64,000 bases of DNA from NCBI RefSeq assembly GCF_963676685.1, contig NC_092357.1, positions 70,866,001 to 70,930,000 on the forward strand. The letters are read 5' to 3'. Made by a program: the position numbers and the translations under genes. Under the pieces are notes generated by a model that saw only the letters and a list, made by a program, of their open reading frames with translations, did no database searches and was not told the origin of the DNA. The DNA is from Mytilus edulis (taxonomy: Eukaryota). Positions 24,650 through 38,106 of the stretch are shown piece after piece. Within the stretch, counting starts at the first letter, position 1; the number at the start of each line of letters is the position of its first letter.

Positions 24650-25278
24650 GTAAGACATTTTTATTAGAAGACAATATTGTGATGGTCGATTTGACCTTTA
24701 GACACTCAGTGATTTAGTATTGCTCTCAACACGAGTTCGCCATACTAGTTTGAAAGTAATTTTCTCCAGAACTAATTTTTGAGAAATTTACACCAAAGAA
24801 AGCAGAGGGATTTGTTTAGCAAATTTTTGATAGCGTGTGTAGTATACTAACTTATCTTCGATATTTTTGTTTATTTGTTCTATTCTAAACAGCGCGTTTA
24901 GAAATGCCATTGAAAGTTCATGACCTGATAAAAGATGTCGTGTCTACTTGTATTTGATATTCACCATGAATAGTTGTCTTAGGAAGGGACGTCCATTTGA
25001 TTTACGAGAGGGAGGGGTATCTGGCTTATGATCTTTGATTGGCATCATTAAACATAAGTCGGAACCGAATTGACGGGACTGAGAGACTGTTTCTAAAAAT
25101 GATGCCGGACATTCTGGTGAGGACATCAGTGACGTCTTGGAACATGTCATTTACCGATCCTCCCAACAGTTGTTGAAAAACCTGTATTAATAATTAGCTG
25201 TAAACAGAAATGAAATATCCGATGCGTGTCAGTTTGCAAGGAATACATAAATTTTGATTAAATTCAATACACTTTAAT

Positions 25279-25826
25279 TAAAATTGAGAATGGAAATGGG
25301 GAATGTGCCAAAGAGACAACAACCCGACCATAGAAAAAAACAACAGCAGAAGGTCACCAACAGGTCTTCAATGTAGCGAGAAATTCCCGCACCCGGAGGC
25401 GTCCTTCAACTGGCCCCTAAACAAATATATACTAGTTCAGTGATAATGAACGCCATACTAATTTCCAAATTGTACACAAAAAACTAAAATTAAAATAATA
25501 CAAGACTAACAAAGGCCAGAGGCTCCTGACTTGGGACAGGCGCAAAAATGCGGCGGGGTTAAACATGTTTGTGAGATCTCAACCCTCCCCCTATACCTCT
25601 AGCCTAGCCAATGTAGAAAAGTAAACGCATAACAATACGCACTTTAAAATTCAGTTCAAGAGAAGTCCGAGTCTGTTGTCAGAAGATGTAACCAAAGAAA
25701 ATAAACAAAATGACAAATAATACATAAATAACAACAGACTACTAGCAGTTAACTGACATGCCAGCTCCAGACTTCAATTAAACTGACTGAAAGATTATGA
25801 TTTCATCATATGAACATCAGGCACAA
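25279..25826 (+). repeat. Interspersed repeat family B, plus copy (C1q intron)
   Basis: Inverse homolog of 22462-22982. Confidence 0.85.
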
Positions 25827-26147
25827 TTAATCTACTGATAACCGGTTTAAAATTCAAATTAAAAAACCGTGTTCAAGGTTGGAAATCCGGTAATGAAAAA
25901 ATGATTATTTATTTGTTATATTACCAAACGTCCAGTTGCAAATATTTCAAGCATATTCAGTATATAGGACGAGAACTTATAACAAATGGTATCAAATGTG
26001 TATTTCCATGTAAAACTTTGAACAATAAGTTTTAGACAAGTATTAATATAAACAAGTAATTATACAATAAAAAGGAAAAAATATTCAACCCTATTTATCC
26101 AGTAAATAGCGCAATGACATCTGTCCTAAGCTATAGTGAGTTTTTAA

Positions 26148-26408
26148 GGTGGTACCCAACACTTACACTAAAATTAATTTGGCTCGTTTAATTTTCATAA
26201 AATTTTGTCAAAGTAAGTTAACAAAAATATAAAAATTTCAAAAAATTTGAACCAACCGTTTTGTCAGAAAAATTACACTGGTTATATAGCAGTTTGACAA
26301 ACACCAATTTTGATCATTGAGAAGCTTAATATTCCTTTTACAACACAACGTAATTAAAACGTTTAGCTGACTTTACAGAGTTATCTCCCTGTAGTGTTAG
26401 GTACCACC
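26148..26408. mobile_element. Intact TTAA-flanked MITE (Kolobok-like), 261 bp
   Basis: TTAA|GGTGGTACC...GGTACCACC|TTAA; homologous to 6683-7727. Confidence 0.88.
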
Positions 26409-28093
26409 TTAATATAGATCACCAATATGATGGAAACCACCTGATTTTCGCGGATATTTTATTTCGCGTTAAGCCCTTTCTAGGCTAATTCGCAGCGATT
26501 TATTTTAGCAAAAGAAATCTCTTCTAATCATCGGAAGAGATGTTTTCATATCCTTATTAAATTGATAATTAAACAATAAATTAGAGAACATGAGGGAAAA
26601 GTAACATCTTCTAATGAGGAATTAGATCACATGCTTATTTTGTCTGACTTTTATAGGTCACCTGTCAAAAAGTTTACAGAAGAATTAAATAAAGATCCGC
26701 GCGTAAATATTAAATGAATCCAAGGGGGTCTTAGAGTTGACTTAGTTATCAAGATAGGTAGAACTTTGATCGGCATATTTACACATTAATTCATTATTTT
26801 ATTCCATTTTTGTAAAATATATCAACAAAGTCCTTCAAAGTCAATCTGCATAGCTTAACAACGAATATCCAAGCTTTTATTAAACGACTTATTACCTCTG
26901 AATAAACTTTGTTTTAGTTTTAACGGATCTCCAAGGAATTTGCAACAATCACTATATCAATTTATAACCGTAAAGAAGCTTGTTATTATGAAATAGAGCC
27001 TTTCAGATATTAAGCAATTCAGAAAGACTGTTATAAATTATTCTGCTTTCAAAATAACCAGCTTTTGAAATGACTAAGGATGTTATAAATTGAAACTTTA
27101 TAAATGACGGAATTTAAAAAGTAGGAAAAAAATTACAGGGTCGTGTCATTACCTTTGAGATATATTTAGTAATCATTTCAAAATTTGTCTGGGTCTGATA
27201 CTCTGTAGATATGCTTTTGTTTTGATAAATTGCTGTCTCATAATACATTTTTGTACAAGCCAAAAATGTCCATTCATTTATAAGATAAATTACAACAGCT
27301 AAATTAAATGATAGAATTGCAAAATAAAATAGGGGATGATAGCTTTTTGTTTAAGTTGCTTTGGAAATATCAAAAGAAAAGATAAGGTTAACTTACCGTG
27401 CGTTTTTTCCCGGCTAAAATAGAAAATAGCAAAATTTCATGAAGATTCCTTCAGAAATTCACTATTTCGGGCTTACCTCTTAAAATGCTAGTTTAAAAAC
27501 ATTAAAAATCAAGCAAAAATAATCTACACTTGTTAAAATATTTTATATGTATAGGTTGAAATCTTATAAATATATAGTTTTCAAGGACAATTTAGATTAG
27601 TTATCTACATTCCTCATCAAATTTTGCTAATTTGATTGAAAATCTAGACATAAGGTTCTCTGTTATTTACTATCCAAGATGGCGAAAGACATCCATATCC
27701 CATTGACCATATATTTAGATGACCGTTTTAAAGGAGGCGTGCATTTACTGAAAGCTACACTTAATTACGTGATCTCTTAATTTTTTTCTCATTCCGCTGA
27801 AGCTTTGTGTACTTCCATGCATATTAACCCATAATGTCTGAATAATGCAGAAAAACTCACGGTTTTGGGTTAAAGCCAAAATATGCTTCGCATAGAACTT
27901 AAGCATAAAAAAAGAAAAAGAAATATTGACTCGTATGTTAAAAAATTAGTAGTTATATAATATGCAGTTGTTCTTAAAGTGAATAGAGAATTGATTCATT
28001 AATATTACTCGATATCATTATAATAAGATGATTGAACGGAAAAACCTCGAACTGATGTAATTATAACTCTGTTACTTTTATTGTGTATTGTAG

Positions 28094-28566
28094 GTCCACC
28101 ACAGAATGACAGATCAGGGAAACATGGTACAATAGCTTTCTCAGTTGGGTTAACAAGCACCTTGCACATGTCTTACTCCGAAACAATTATCTATGATAAA
28201 GTGTTTTCAAACTTCGGAGACGGCTATTCTGTTGACACCGGTGAGTTCACCGCTCCGGATACTGGGGTGTATGTGTTCCATGCGCATGCGTACAACTCTA
28301 ACCAAGATAGAGCGATGTGGATTGAGTTAATTAAAAACATTGATTCTTTAGTATCTGTCTCTGGTTATAACAGTCACTCAACAGCCGGAAATACCGTCAT
28401 TGTGAGTCTGCACAAAGGGGAGACTGTTGCCGTAAGAGCAAGACCTGGACAAGAATTTACTCTCTTTGGAAAATCTGACCAAGTCTACACCACATTTTCC
28501 GGATATCGCATCGGAGAAATCCCGTATTCCGATCCGGCAGCAGGTTTTTTAGGGGTAGGACGATAA
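28094..28566 (+). CDS. C1q-domain-containing protein, globular C1q exon (secreted gC1q, no collagen; 178 aa in total)
   Basis: TGTAG acceptor; C1q motifs IAFSV, IIYDKVFSNFGDGY, TGEFTAPDTGVYVFH, LHKGETV, YTTFSGY; TAA ending at 28566; AATAAA at 28835 and 29000. Confidence 0.95.
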
Positions 28567-29609
28567 AGACAAATTAATGTATCAGATATCTTGTATATGT
28601 AAAAACGTATCGTTTGGATAAATATTTCGTTCATTTATATAACTCAAATTTGTTTAGAGTTTTAATACTTGTTTAACTTCTTTTATTATAAAATTTCTGA
28701 AAATTATTTTGGATTGTTATTACACTTCTTTTCAAGTAATTATTTTTAGAAATTTTACACAAAGTTTATTTTTTTTTCGTTTTCATTGGTTAAGATATTA
28801 TAAAAAAAAATGTTAAGGATTTGAAAAAAAGAAAAATAAACATACCATATTGTCTTTTTGTTGTTGTTTATATAATAGATTATTTTTTAGAGAGAACGAA
28901 ATATATTCAGTATGTATGGCCCTATATGTTATTTAATTTATAAACCGTTTTTATCAGTATTGAATTGAGTTGTATGCAAGCGAGCTATTGTTATTTTCCA
29001 ATAAAACAATAACAAAAAATAACGACTTTTTTTCTTGATATTATATTGCCTCAATGATTCCTCATTTTAGTTAGAGATCCAGGAAGAGGATTTTGAGATG
29101 TTTTGGTGGGATGTATATAATAGAGAATAATAAAAGAAAATCATTTATTTACAATCTTGGAAAATTGGCAAAAACAAAAGCAAAATTAAAAAAAAGATAT
29201 TTATTTAATTATTAAGATTATAGAATAATTAGCAAAACAATCAACGAGTATAGAAAAAATGGTCCAAGCATAATAAAATATATAATTATCCAACCCAAAC
29301 CACTTCTAAAAAAGGGCGAATGATATCAACAAGACGTTAAAATTCACAAGTCAAAGATAAACTGACAATACCTAGGAATAACAAAACGAAAAAGGACGAA
29401 AACAGGAACATGTCCACAAAACACTATACATAGAAAACAGTAGAATGAGTAACACCAAGGATTAATGAAACGAAAAAACGCCAAAAACAGGAACACTTTT
29501 CATATGATGAAGATATAATCTTTCAATCAGTTTAATTGATGTCTGGAGCTGGCATGTCCATAACTGCTAGTAGTCCTGTTAATTTATGTAATAGTGTCAT
29601 TTTGTTTAT

Positions 29610-29890
29610 AGATATAGGAAGATGTGGTATGAGCGCCAATGAGACAACTCTCCCTCCAAGTAACAATTCGTGAAAGTAACCCATTAAAGGTCAAGGTACG
29701 GCCTACAACACGGAGCTTTAGCTCACACCGAACAGCAAGCTATATATATATATATAGGGCCCCAAACATTACTAGTGTAAAACCATTAAAACGGGAAAAC
29801 CAACGGTCTAATCTATTATATAAAAACGAGAAACACGTATGAACTACATAAAGAGACTACAACTACTGTACATTCCTTACTTAAGACAGG
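29610..29890 (+). repeat. Interspersed repeat family C (GATATAGGAAGATGTGGT...GCCAATGAGACAACTCTCC)
   Basis: Related copies at 19920(+), 21345(+), 39070-39273(-), 48400-48505(-), 6280-6418(-), 60680-60870(+). Confidence 0.75.
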
Positions 29891-30835
29891 TGTTTTGTAT
29901 TTGCGGCCAAAAGGGTCCGAAATTGTATTGGTTGTATTTCATCAAAAACTGATTTATTGGGGTTCTTTGATATGCCAAATCTAACAGAGTATTTAGATTC
30001 TTAATTTTTGGTCCCGTTTTCAAATTGGTTTACATTCAGGTCCAAAGGGTCCAATATTAAACTTAGTTTGGTTTTATCAATATTAGCACTATATTCAATA
30101 TATATAGTGGAGAAGTATCTGTGATTGGCACTAAGACAATTATCTGTCAAAAGTTTATATATGATCCCCGTTCAATAATCCAATTGCTTTATACTGATGT
30201 CCTTAGCTAAAGAAATCTGGATAGGGACATGAGGTGTGGTATTTCCCATGCAAATAAGGGGACGTCCATTTGATTCAGGAGAGGGGTAGAAGATATATAA
30301 CGGGACATGAGGTGTGGTATTTCCCAGGCAAACAAGGGGACATCCATTTGATTCAGGAGAGGGATAGAAGATTTTTGGTAATTAATTCAATGGCTTGGTA
30401 AGATCATACCGAGGACATGACAATTTCTTTAGCCCTCTCCCTTTTTACTTAAATTCGTTTTCTTTTCATTTTCTTTTAATTTCAACTACTTATCGCGTTT
30501 TCTATGATATATATATATATATATATATTAAGTGTTCGTTGTGGATAGTAGACTAGAAATTGATAAGGTCATTACTGGTTTATTTATATATGTTAATATC
30601 ACAGAGAAAAACGCGATAATAATTGGAAATAAAGGAAATTAACAAAAAACTAACGTATACGAGAAAAAAAAGAGGAAGGGGGCTAAAACAATCCTGTCCT
30701 CAAGAACATATGTGAAAGAACGCAAAAAAAAAAAAGAGATCCATGACTAGCTACATAAAAAAGAGATCCATGACTAGCTACATAACTGTAGCTCTTGAGT
30801 TATTTTATAATATCTTGAAAGTGTCAAAAATATCA

Positions 30836-32287
30836 AAGGACCTAAAAGCTCCTGTTCCGTAGATAGTCCAAGACCGGATGCAAATGAATTTATCCTACCC
30901 AGAAAAATGCAGAACAAGGACCTGAGAGCTACGGTAACGCAGCTAGTCCAAGACAGGATGCAAATGAATTTATCCTACCCAGAAAAATGCAAAACGCCGA
31001 CATGAGAGCTACGGTTCGGCAGCTAGTCCAAGACAGGATGTAAATGAATTTATCCTACCCAGAAAAATGCAGAACAAGGACCTGAGAGCTACGGTATCGC
31101 AGCTAGTCCAAGACAGGATGCAAATGAATTTATCCTTCCCAGAAAAATGCAGAACAAGAACCTGAGAGCTACGGTATCGCAGCTAGTCCAAGACAGGATG
31201 CAAATGTATTTATCCTTCCCAGAAAAATGCAGAACAAGGACATGAGAGCTACGGTTTCGCAGCTAGTCCAAGACAGGATGCAAATGAATTTATCCTTCCC
31301 AGAAAAATACAGAACAAGGACCTGAGAGCTACGGTATCGCAGCTAGTCCAAGACAGGATGCAAATGTATTTATCCTTCCCAGAAAAATGCAGAACAAGGA
31401 CCTGAGAGCTACGGTATCACAGCTAGTCCAAGACAGGATGCAAATGTATTTATCTTGCCCAGAAAAATGCAGAACAAGGACCTGAGAGCTACGGTATCGC
31501 AGCTAGTCCAAGACAGGATGCAAATGATTTTATCCTACCCAGAAAAATGCAGAACAAGGACCTGAGAGCTACGGTATCGCAGCTAGTCCAAGACAGGATG
31601 CAAATGAGTTTATCCTACCCAGAAAAATGCAGAACCAAGACAGAACAAGGACATGAGAGCTACGGTATCGCAGCTAGTCAAAGACAGGATGCAAATTAAT
31701 GTATCCTTCCCAGAAAAATGCCGAACAAGGACCTGAGAGCTACGGTATCGCAGCTAGTCCAAGACGGGATGCAAATGAATTTATCCTTCCCAGAAAAATG
31801 CAGAACAAGGACCTGAGAGCTACGGTATCGCAGCTAGTCCAAGACAGGATGCAAATGTATTTATCCTTCCCAGAAAAATGCAGAACAAGGACCTGAGAGC
31901 TACGGTTTCACAGCTAGTCCAAGACAGGATGCAAATGAGTTTATCCTACCCAGAAAAATGCAGAACAAGGACCTGAGAGCTACGGTTCCGCAGCTAGTCC
32001 AAGACAGGATGCAAATCAATTTATCTTGACCAGAAAAATGCAGAACAAGGACATGAGAGCTACGGTATCGTAGCTTATCCAAGACAGGATGCAAATGTAT
32101 TTATCCTTCCCAGAAAAATGCAGAACAAGGACCTGAGAACTACGGTTCCGCAGCTAGTCCAAGACAGGATGCAAATCAATTTATCTTGACCAGAAAAATG
32201 CAGAACAAGGACATGAGAGCTACGGTATTGTAGCTTATCCAAGACAGGATGCAAATGTATTTATCTTTTCCAGAAAAATGCAGAACA
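30836..32287. repeat. 80-bp tandem repeat, ~18 copies
   Basis: AGAAAAATGCAGAACAAGGACCTGAGAGCTACGGTATCGCAGCTAGTCCAAGACAGGATGCAAATGAATTTATCCTACCC. Confidence 0.97.
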
Positions 32288-33905
32288 TAAATCTGTACAA
32301 AAACTTATCAAAAATCAACCTAGTCATAAGTAAACATTTATATTCAACAACCTCAAAAATAAAAATCTTCCTGTCCTTGTTTCTGGTACAGTAGAATCAT
32401 ATACCTCTCTATAAAATGGTGGAGTTTTGATTCATCTGTGTACTGTTGATGGCGACTAGAAATGTTGATCTACACAAATTTATACACTTAAAAAAATGAT
32501 GATCATAGAATAGAAAACAATGCCTTTATTGAAGTTCTATAATAAAATCTAAATTGAAAACTTTGGGATCATGTGATCAAAACACCATTATGTCCCTGCT
32601 ACTAGGATTCAGTAGAGAAAAGGATTATATTGAGAGTAAGTATGTAATAACATAATAATATTATCGATTATTTCCCTTTGACAAGAGTAAAATTTCATGT
32701 CATTTCAAACATGACGGAACGAAATTGGAATACAGAATTCAAATTAAAAACAAACAACATTCACAATGAACCAGAATTCACAAACACCATTGATTTCGGA
32801 AAATATGAAACAAAATATTGGCAATCAATATAAAAAATAAAAAGATGTCGTATGATTGCCAACTCCCAACAAGACCAAATGACACAGAAGAATTAACAAC
32901 AATAAACCATAACATTTGCCACCTTACTTCTACTAAAAAGGATTGACAGTACATCTATGGTTACATATATGGTGACACTTCCAAAACATGAGCGTCGATA
33001 TTCAGAATAGACGAATATATATTGTGTGTATTCAGATTCTCAATTTTATTTCGTACACTCATCACGAATCTTGCTCCCTGAGAGAAATCTAAGTAACTAC
33101 ATTAATACGACAGTCAATATTTATATTACGCGATCCTTAACGCCCTAACGCAATGTTAAAACAATGTTTCCTCTCGAGAGTCGAACGATAAGCATTCGGC
33201 AATCCTCGGTAGAATCCGCTACTCTCGGAATCGGCCGAGTTGTTACGAATGCAACGATAAGTTCATTTCAATTTTATATTGTAAAAACTGTTACAAAAGT
33301 ATTGTATATATATTTTACATATAAGCATATTTATATTGGTTAAAAAAAGATAGAAGATACCAATGCAATGGTGCAATAAACATGATAAACAATTATAAGT
33401 CCATTGCATATTCAAATCAAGCAGGATTTCGTGGATCACAAATAGCATCAGTTTTCTTTGCACTTTATTATAAGCAACGGTCATGTATATGTCCTATCAT
33501 GTGACGTTGATAAGCACTGGTCCAACGAATGTCATACAAAGCCGTTTGAAAAAGTAACTGCAATTTAGGTAATGACGCCACTGATTGGTACAGCATAATA
33601 TATACAATATATTACAATCTTCATTTGTTTTCGCACTTTATTCTATACATATTCTAATCCGATAATTTCCTCATTTTATTTCAGTTTTCTATTTCGATGT
33701 TCACTCCAACCATTATGTAAATTAGAAAACGTCGAACTACTTTATTCTATTCAATCATTGTTTTTCAATGTATAATTCTTGATTATCCAATCATAACACT
33801 TTGTACTATTCCGTTGAACGCAATACTGTCCGATTGAGCTCAAACGACAACTTCTTTTTACAACCGAGTTTTGCTGAGTGGCTCCATCTCGTACAAGTCA
33901 CGTGA

Positions 33906-34111
33906 CTAGTTTGGTGCCACGAGAATCGTCGAGATTCGTGTTAGAATGACATTACCTATGCTAGGACGTCTACAGTAACAGTCTCTTTCAAAATGAGGAA
34001 CTCCTATTTTGTCTAGTATGGTCTGATACAGTTTCGGGTTTAATTTCTTCAAGCTGTTTTCTGAATGGTTTTCACTAATTACCCATTCTGCATCCAGGCT
34101 AACATCGTATC
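33906..34111 (-). CDS. Ankyrin-repeat gene, probable last coding exon (GYDVSLDAEWVISENH...RRPSIGNVILTRISTILVAPN*)
   Basis: TTTTAG acceptor, phase-1 continuation SG|YDVS, open for 68 codons to TAG. An internal AG|GTAATG donor near 33955 could instead lead to another exon. Confidence 0.6.
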
Positions 34112-34174
34112 CTAAAACGAAACATGTATTTTAATTAAAACGAATACCTAGGAGTCATAAAAAGAAGATCAAGT

Positions 34175-34553
34175 CAATGGCTGGTATTTCTGTACACAGT
34201 GGTTGAGAGGTTTATCCCAGCTATTAATTCCGACGATTTTCTTGTTAAAAGTAAACCCAAGAGGAAAATCAAACCTAAAACATTTGACAATTTTGTATGT
34301 GCCAATATAGTGACAAATTCAGTGAAGAACAATATGAAGGCACTAGACAATATTCCTTACAAAACCGATCCACATAAGAACTCTTTCTTTGTCAAGTGCA
34401 TACTACATTGGGACCAACTGGAAGACAATATTGTATGTGCAGATGCAGTTGAGAGCTTCATGGCTGCTCTCAAACACCGCCAATAGGTGTCTCTCTCTCC
34501 CGTTGAGTAAAAGCCAGGATTGGTATATTCAATGTACTCATACAGATACAGAT
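34175..34553 (+). mobile_element. 5'-truncated CR1/L2-type LINE 3' end
   Basis: KNSFFVKCILHWDQL..VCADAVESFMAAL resembles the ORF2 C-terminal SFFPRTIxxWNxL motif; short (ACAGAT)n tail. Confidence 0.7.
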
Positions 34554-34650
34554 AAAAAGTACAATACTAAAATACCGAAACCCCAGCAAAAAATCAAAAC
34601 GGTAAGTGGTGTTATTACGTAGCTATAAAAAATGGAAGATTTTATGGTAC

Positions 34651-35035
34651 CAATCTAATTAAAAACCGATCTCTCATCGCTCCTGTTTCTGATATGTCGC
34701 GTGGGAGATCTAACGAAACCGGCTTTGAGGTCACATGTGAGTGAACTAAAAGTTATGAATTTATAAAGATATGCAAATGAGTTGACGACCTATTAATAAG
34801 CCAATCAAAAAAGTTTATGAATTATTTTGACTGACGATTTCGTCGTAAATAAAATGAGTTACATCCCTTTGCCTTACGTCAAACTTCCAAGATCGTGGAA
34901 GACTCAATTTCATTGGTCGAAAAAGACACACCTACGAGGTCACTCACATGTGACCTCAAAGCGGGTTTCGTTAGATCTCCCACGCGACATATCAGAAACA
35001 GGAGCGATGAGAGATCGGTTTTTTTAATTAGATTG
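34651..35035. mobile_element. Mutator-like (MULE) MITE, ~94-bp TIRs, 9-bp TSD TTATGGTAC
   Basis: TSD at 34642-34650 and 35036-35044; TIR CAATCTAATTAAAAACCGATCTCTCATCGCTCC... Confidence 0.9.
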
Positions 35036-35044
35036 TTATGGTAC

Positions 35045-35291
35045 ATTTATAACAAGAAATATTAGAACATGTACGTTTTTTTAAAAATGTAATAGAGGAT
35101 GAGTTTCATTTCATCCTCAAATGTCCACTTTTTCAAGGTTTAGAACAATTTATACTAAGCCATGTTATTGGAAAAAACCATCGATGTACAAATTTATTAA
35201 ACTAATTAGTACGAACAATGTAAAAGAGCTGTGTAATTTAGGTAAATTTATATATAGATTTTTTAAGCTTAGAACTGAAATGTTAAAATAA
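35045..35291 (+). mobile_element. LINE 3' fragment (RTE-X-like), split by the MULE MITE
   Basis: IKNGRFYG lies left of the MITE; VIEDEFHFILKCPLF and YWKKPSMYKFIKL...LCNLGKFI lie right of it. Confidence 0.7.
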
Positions 35292-35761
35292 CGTTTGTGT
35301 ATTACTACTGTAACAACACCTTCTGCTAATCTTTCACATATAGTTTGTATTTATGTATGTATTGTATGTATTATTGATGTCGATGTAATTCAAATGTATA
35401 CCTACAGTTTATATAGACTTTGGTAATAAAGATAAATATTACATATTATTAGTTGTTGTATATTTATTGTTTCAAATATACCAGTCATTGTTGTTGATTT
35501 TTTTGTGAGAAACAGATGTTTGTGATATTGACTGTGTAAAAACATGCGGGCCAGCTGAAGGACGCCTCCGGGTGCGGGAGTTTCTCGCTACATGCTCTAA
35601 AGTCGGGTTGTTGACACATTCCTCATTTCCATTCTCATTTTTTTTGTTGTTCTTTTCTTATTACAATTTATTGTTGTTTTTTGTATAGTAGTCTATAATT
35701 AATGTATTCATCAGACCAGATAAAGTTTTCCGCACTTTCACAAAAAAGTAAATTTCTGTAC

Positions 35762-35965
35762 CTGATTTTAAAATTTGTTTTATAAGTTGAACCGAAAGTT
35801 TCGTGCTGTGTAAGGCGTAAAACAAAGCTGAGTGACCCAAGCTGTCTCTCATCTGCATGTCCACACCATGTTTCATCAAATATTGACAACATTTTTCTGA
35901 TCCTTGTTCGGATGCTATCAGTAAAGCACTTCGGCCAATGTGATCAGTTTCATGAATACTTGCTC
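35762..35965 (-). CDS. Ankyrin-repeat gene, internal exon with two repeats (GASIHETDHIGRSALLIASEQGSEKCCQYLMKHGVDMQMRDSLGHSALFYALHS...LKS)
   Basis: TTTCAG acceptor, GTACAG donor, symmetric phase 1-1; ankyrin consensus D-x2-G-x-S/TAL. Confidence 0.9.
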
Positions 35966-36059
35966 CTGAAATAAATGATTGTAATGTATTTAAACATTTT
36001 AACTATTTGTTCCTAGGAATGTGTAGCAGATTTTACTTTTTCGATGAGTTCTGAGCTTA

Positions 36060-37516
36060 GGGGGCTACGATTTTATTGTTATGTTGGAGCTAGGATGAAA
36101 TTTTAAAAAGGCAGGACAGGAGTGTTGAGTAAAAATAAAAGGCAGGATGGGTAACTTTGTACCAAAAAAAGGCAGGATGACAATTTATGTAAAAAAGGTC
36201 AATAACAACTGATAAAATAAGGCAGGACCGAAGAGAGTTAAACAAATAAAAAAGGCAGGACAGAAATTTACAAATAAGGCTTAAATTAAAATATTGATTG
36301 TTTGCCCTTTACCGACCGACCCTATAAATTCGTTGCGCCTGAAAATCTTTTATTTGTATTTACCAGCAAGATTTTATTTTATTTTATTTGTTCGTTCCTA
36401 CCAAAAATCTTATAGTTGTATTTCCCGCTCAAAACTATTTTATCCGGAATTCTCGGGTTTTATCTTTAACGGATAAGGTCCAGTCCGTTTGGTATCACCT
36501 GAGCGTTTGACATGAACACTTGCATTTGAAGTTTCAAAGCATTTGTTTGAAATCGATGTTCAGCATGTGAACGCTTCCTGAAATCATGATATGACGTACG
36601 CTACTCTGTACCTTTATACTTAAAGAGCAGGGTTCATTTACAAATAAGTTCGTTTGATACAAAATTATCAACGTGTGTACAAACTAATATGTGAACAGAC
36701 ACGTGTTGTATTCTTTGTAGGGATGGCCTTTTGTGATCCGCAAATCGGGATGATTATGTTAACGATGCCGCTATATTATTTATATCTGATTTGAATCAAA
36801 CGTGACAAAACCCTGTAAAGTGGAGAATATCTGGCAGTAAAATCGCCAAGTTGTCCATACAGATCATTTATAAATGCGATGTAAAATACGTGACAATTGT
36901 CAGAGTTTTAAGTCTTGTAGCATTTTTATTGGAAACAAGGGCACACACGATGTTTTTTAACACTCTAGGGACTTTTTCTACTAGTTATGTATGGTCCGTC
37001 CGGACATATCTTATCAGTACCAAGTTATCTTTTACAGAAAATCTTAAGGTAAGCATACAAGGTACGTAGTACAGAATATAAGTGCAAGTTCAAACTCTTC
37101 AAAGTTCCAGGCATATAAACGTTGAAGATATGCGGCACAGCTCTATATTTTGATATTTTAAAACAAAATAGTACTGTGCATATGAATTAGCTTCACATTC
37201 TACGTGATATTTTTTTTTTAAACTAATAGTCCCAGAAAACTTATTTGCAAAAAAAAACCGGACACAAATGACATTATGCAGAGTTTGTATCTATAAAATA
37301 AAATATTATACCTACCTGCCTACCCATGACAAATAATATACCGAGCCAAGTTATTTTTTTGGGGAAAAAAATAAAATATTTTACCTACCTACCTACCCTG
37401 TTTCAAAACATAGGGTCGGAAAAGGGCAAACAAACAATATTTTAATTTAGGCCTAAAAGACATGACGGACACATGTTTCATCATATTCCCCCCATAAAAA
37501 TCAAACGGTAGCTCTC
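36060..37516. mobile_element. PIF/Harbinger-like MITE (TTA TSD) containing a nested element
   Basis: TTA|GGGGGCTACG...CGGTAGCTCTC|TTA, with AAAAGGCAGGA internal repeats. Confidence 0.6.
36278..37453. mobile_element. PIF/Harbinger-like non-autonomous element (TAA TSD, ~40-bp TIR)
   Basis: TAA|GGCTTAAATTAAAATATTGATTGTTTGCCCTTTACCGACC ... GGTCGGAAAAGGGCAAACAAACAATATTTTTAATTTAGGCC|TAA. Confidence 0.8.
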
Positions 37517-38006
37517 TTATACATGTTAGGATAGATGATTCACCACTACAGTCAATGTTTCATTTACTTAAGAATGTTAAGATTCCTTTGAAGAAAAAGT
37601 ATAGATCCACACAAACATAAAAAATGTAAAAACAATACGTAAACACTTTACAAGTCACGAAAATTTCCATAAACACCCGAGTAATATGGTTCAGGTACTT
37701 GACCTACAAAGGATAGTTTCTATGTATTCAGACTTTCCTTGAAGTTAGAACCAGGGATGGGGATACACTAAGTCACCCCAATATATGTCACATGTTGTTG
37801 CATATTTTGTAAATGAAATTATGCACAAACAATTATTTATACTTAAATTGAAACTTTTCAGCGTTTCATAATTAATAGGATTACATAATTTTCCACCTTT
37901 ATGACATAATACAATGACATCATCCATCTGAATAAATGTAAAACAATAGATGAAAGCGAATTTGATTCCCGGAATATGGTATAAGCGTTCCGGTTTTGAT
38001 TCCACG

Positions 38007-38106
38007 NNNNNNNNNNNNNNNNNNNNNNNNNNNNNNNNNNNNNNNNNNNNNNNNNNNNNNNNNNNNNNNNNNNNNNNNNNNNNNNNNNNNNNNNNNNNNN
38101 NNNNNN
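38007..38106. other. Assembly gap (100 N)
   Basis: Run of N. Confidence 1.

Noticed and set aside
36497-36577. Possible extra ankyrin exon (TTTCAG acceptor at 36578)
   Set aside because: Has an in-frame TGA, no ankyrin consensus, and lies inside a TIR element.
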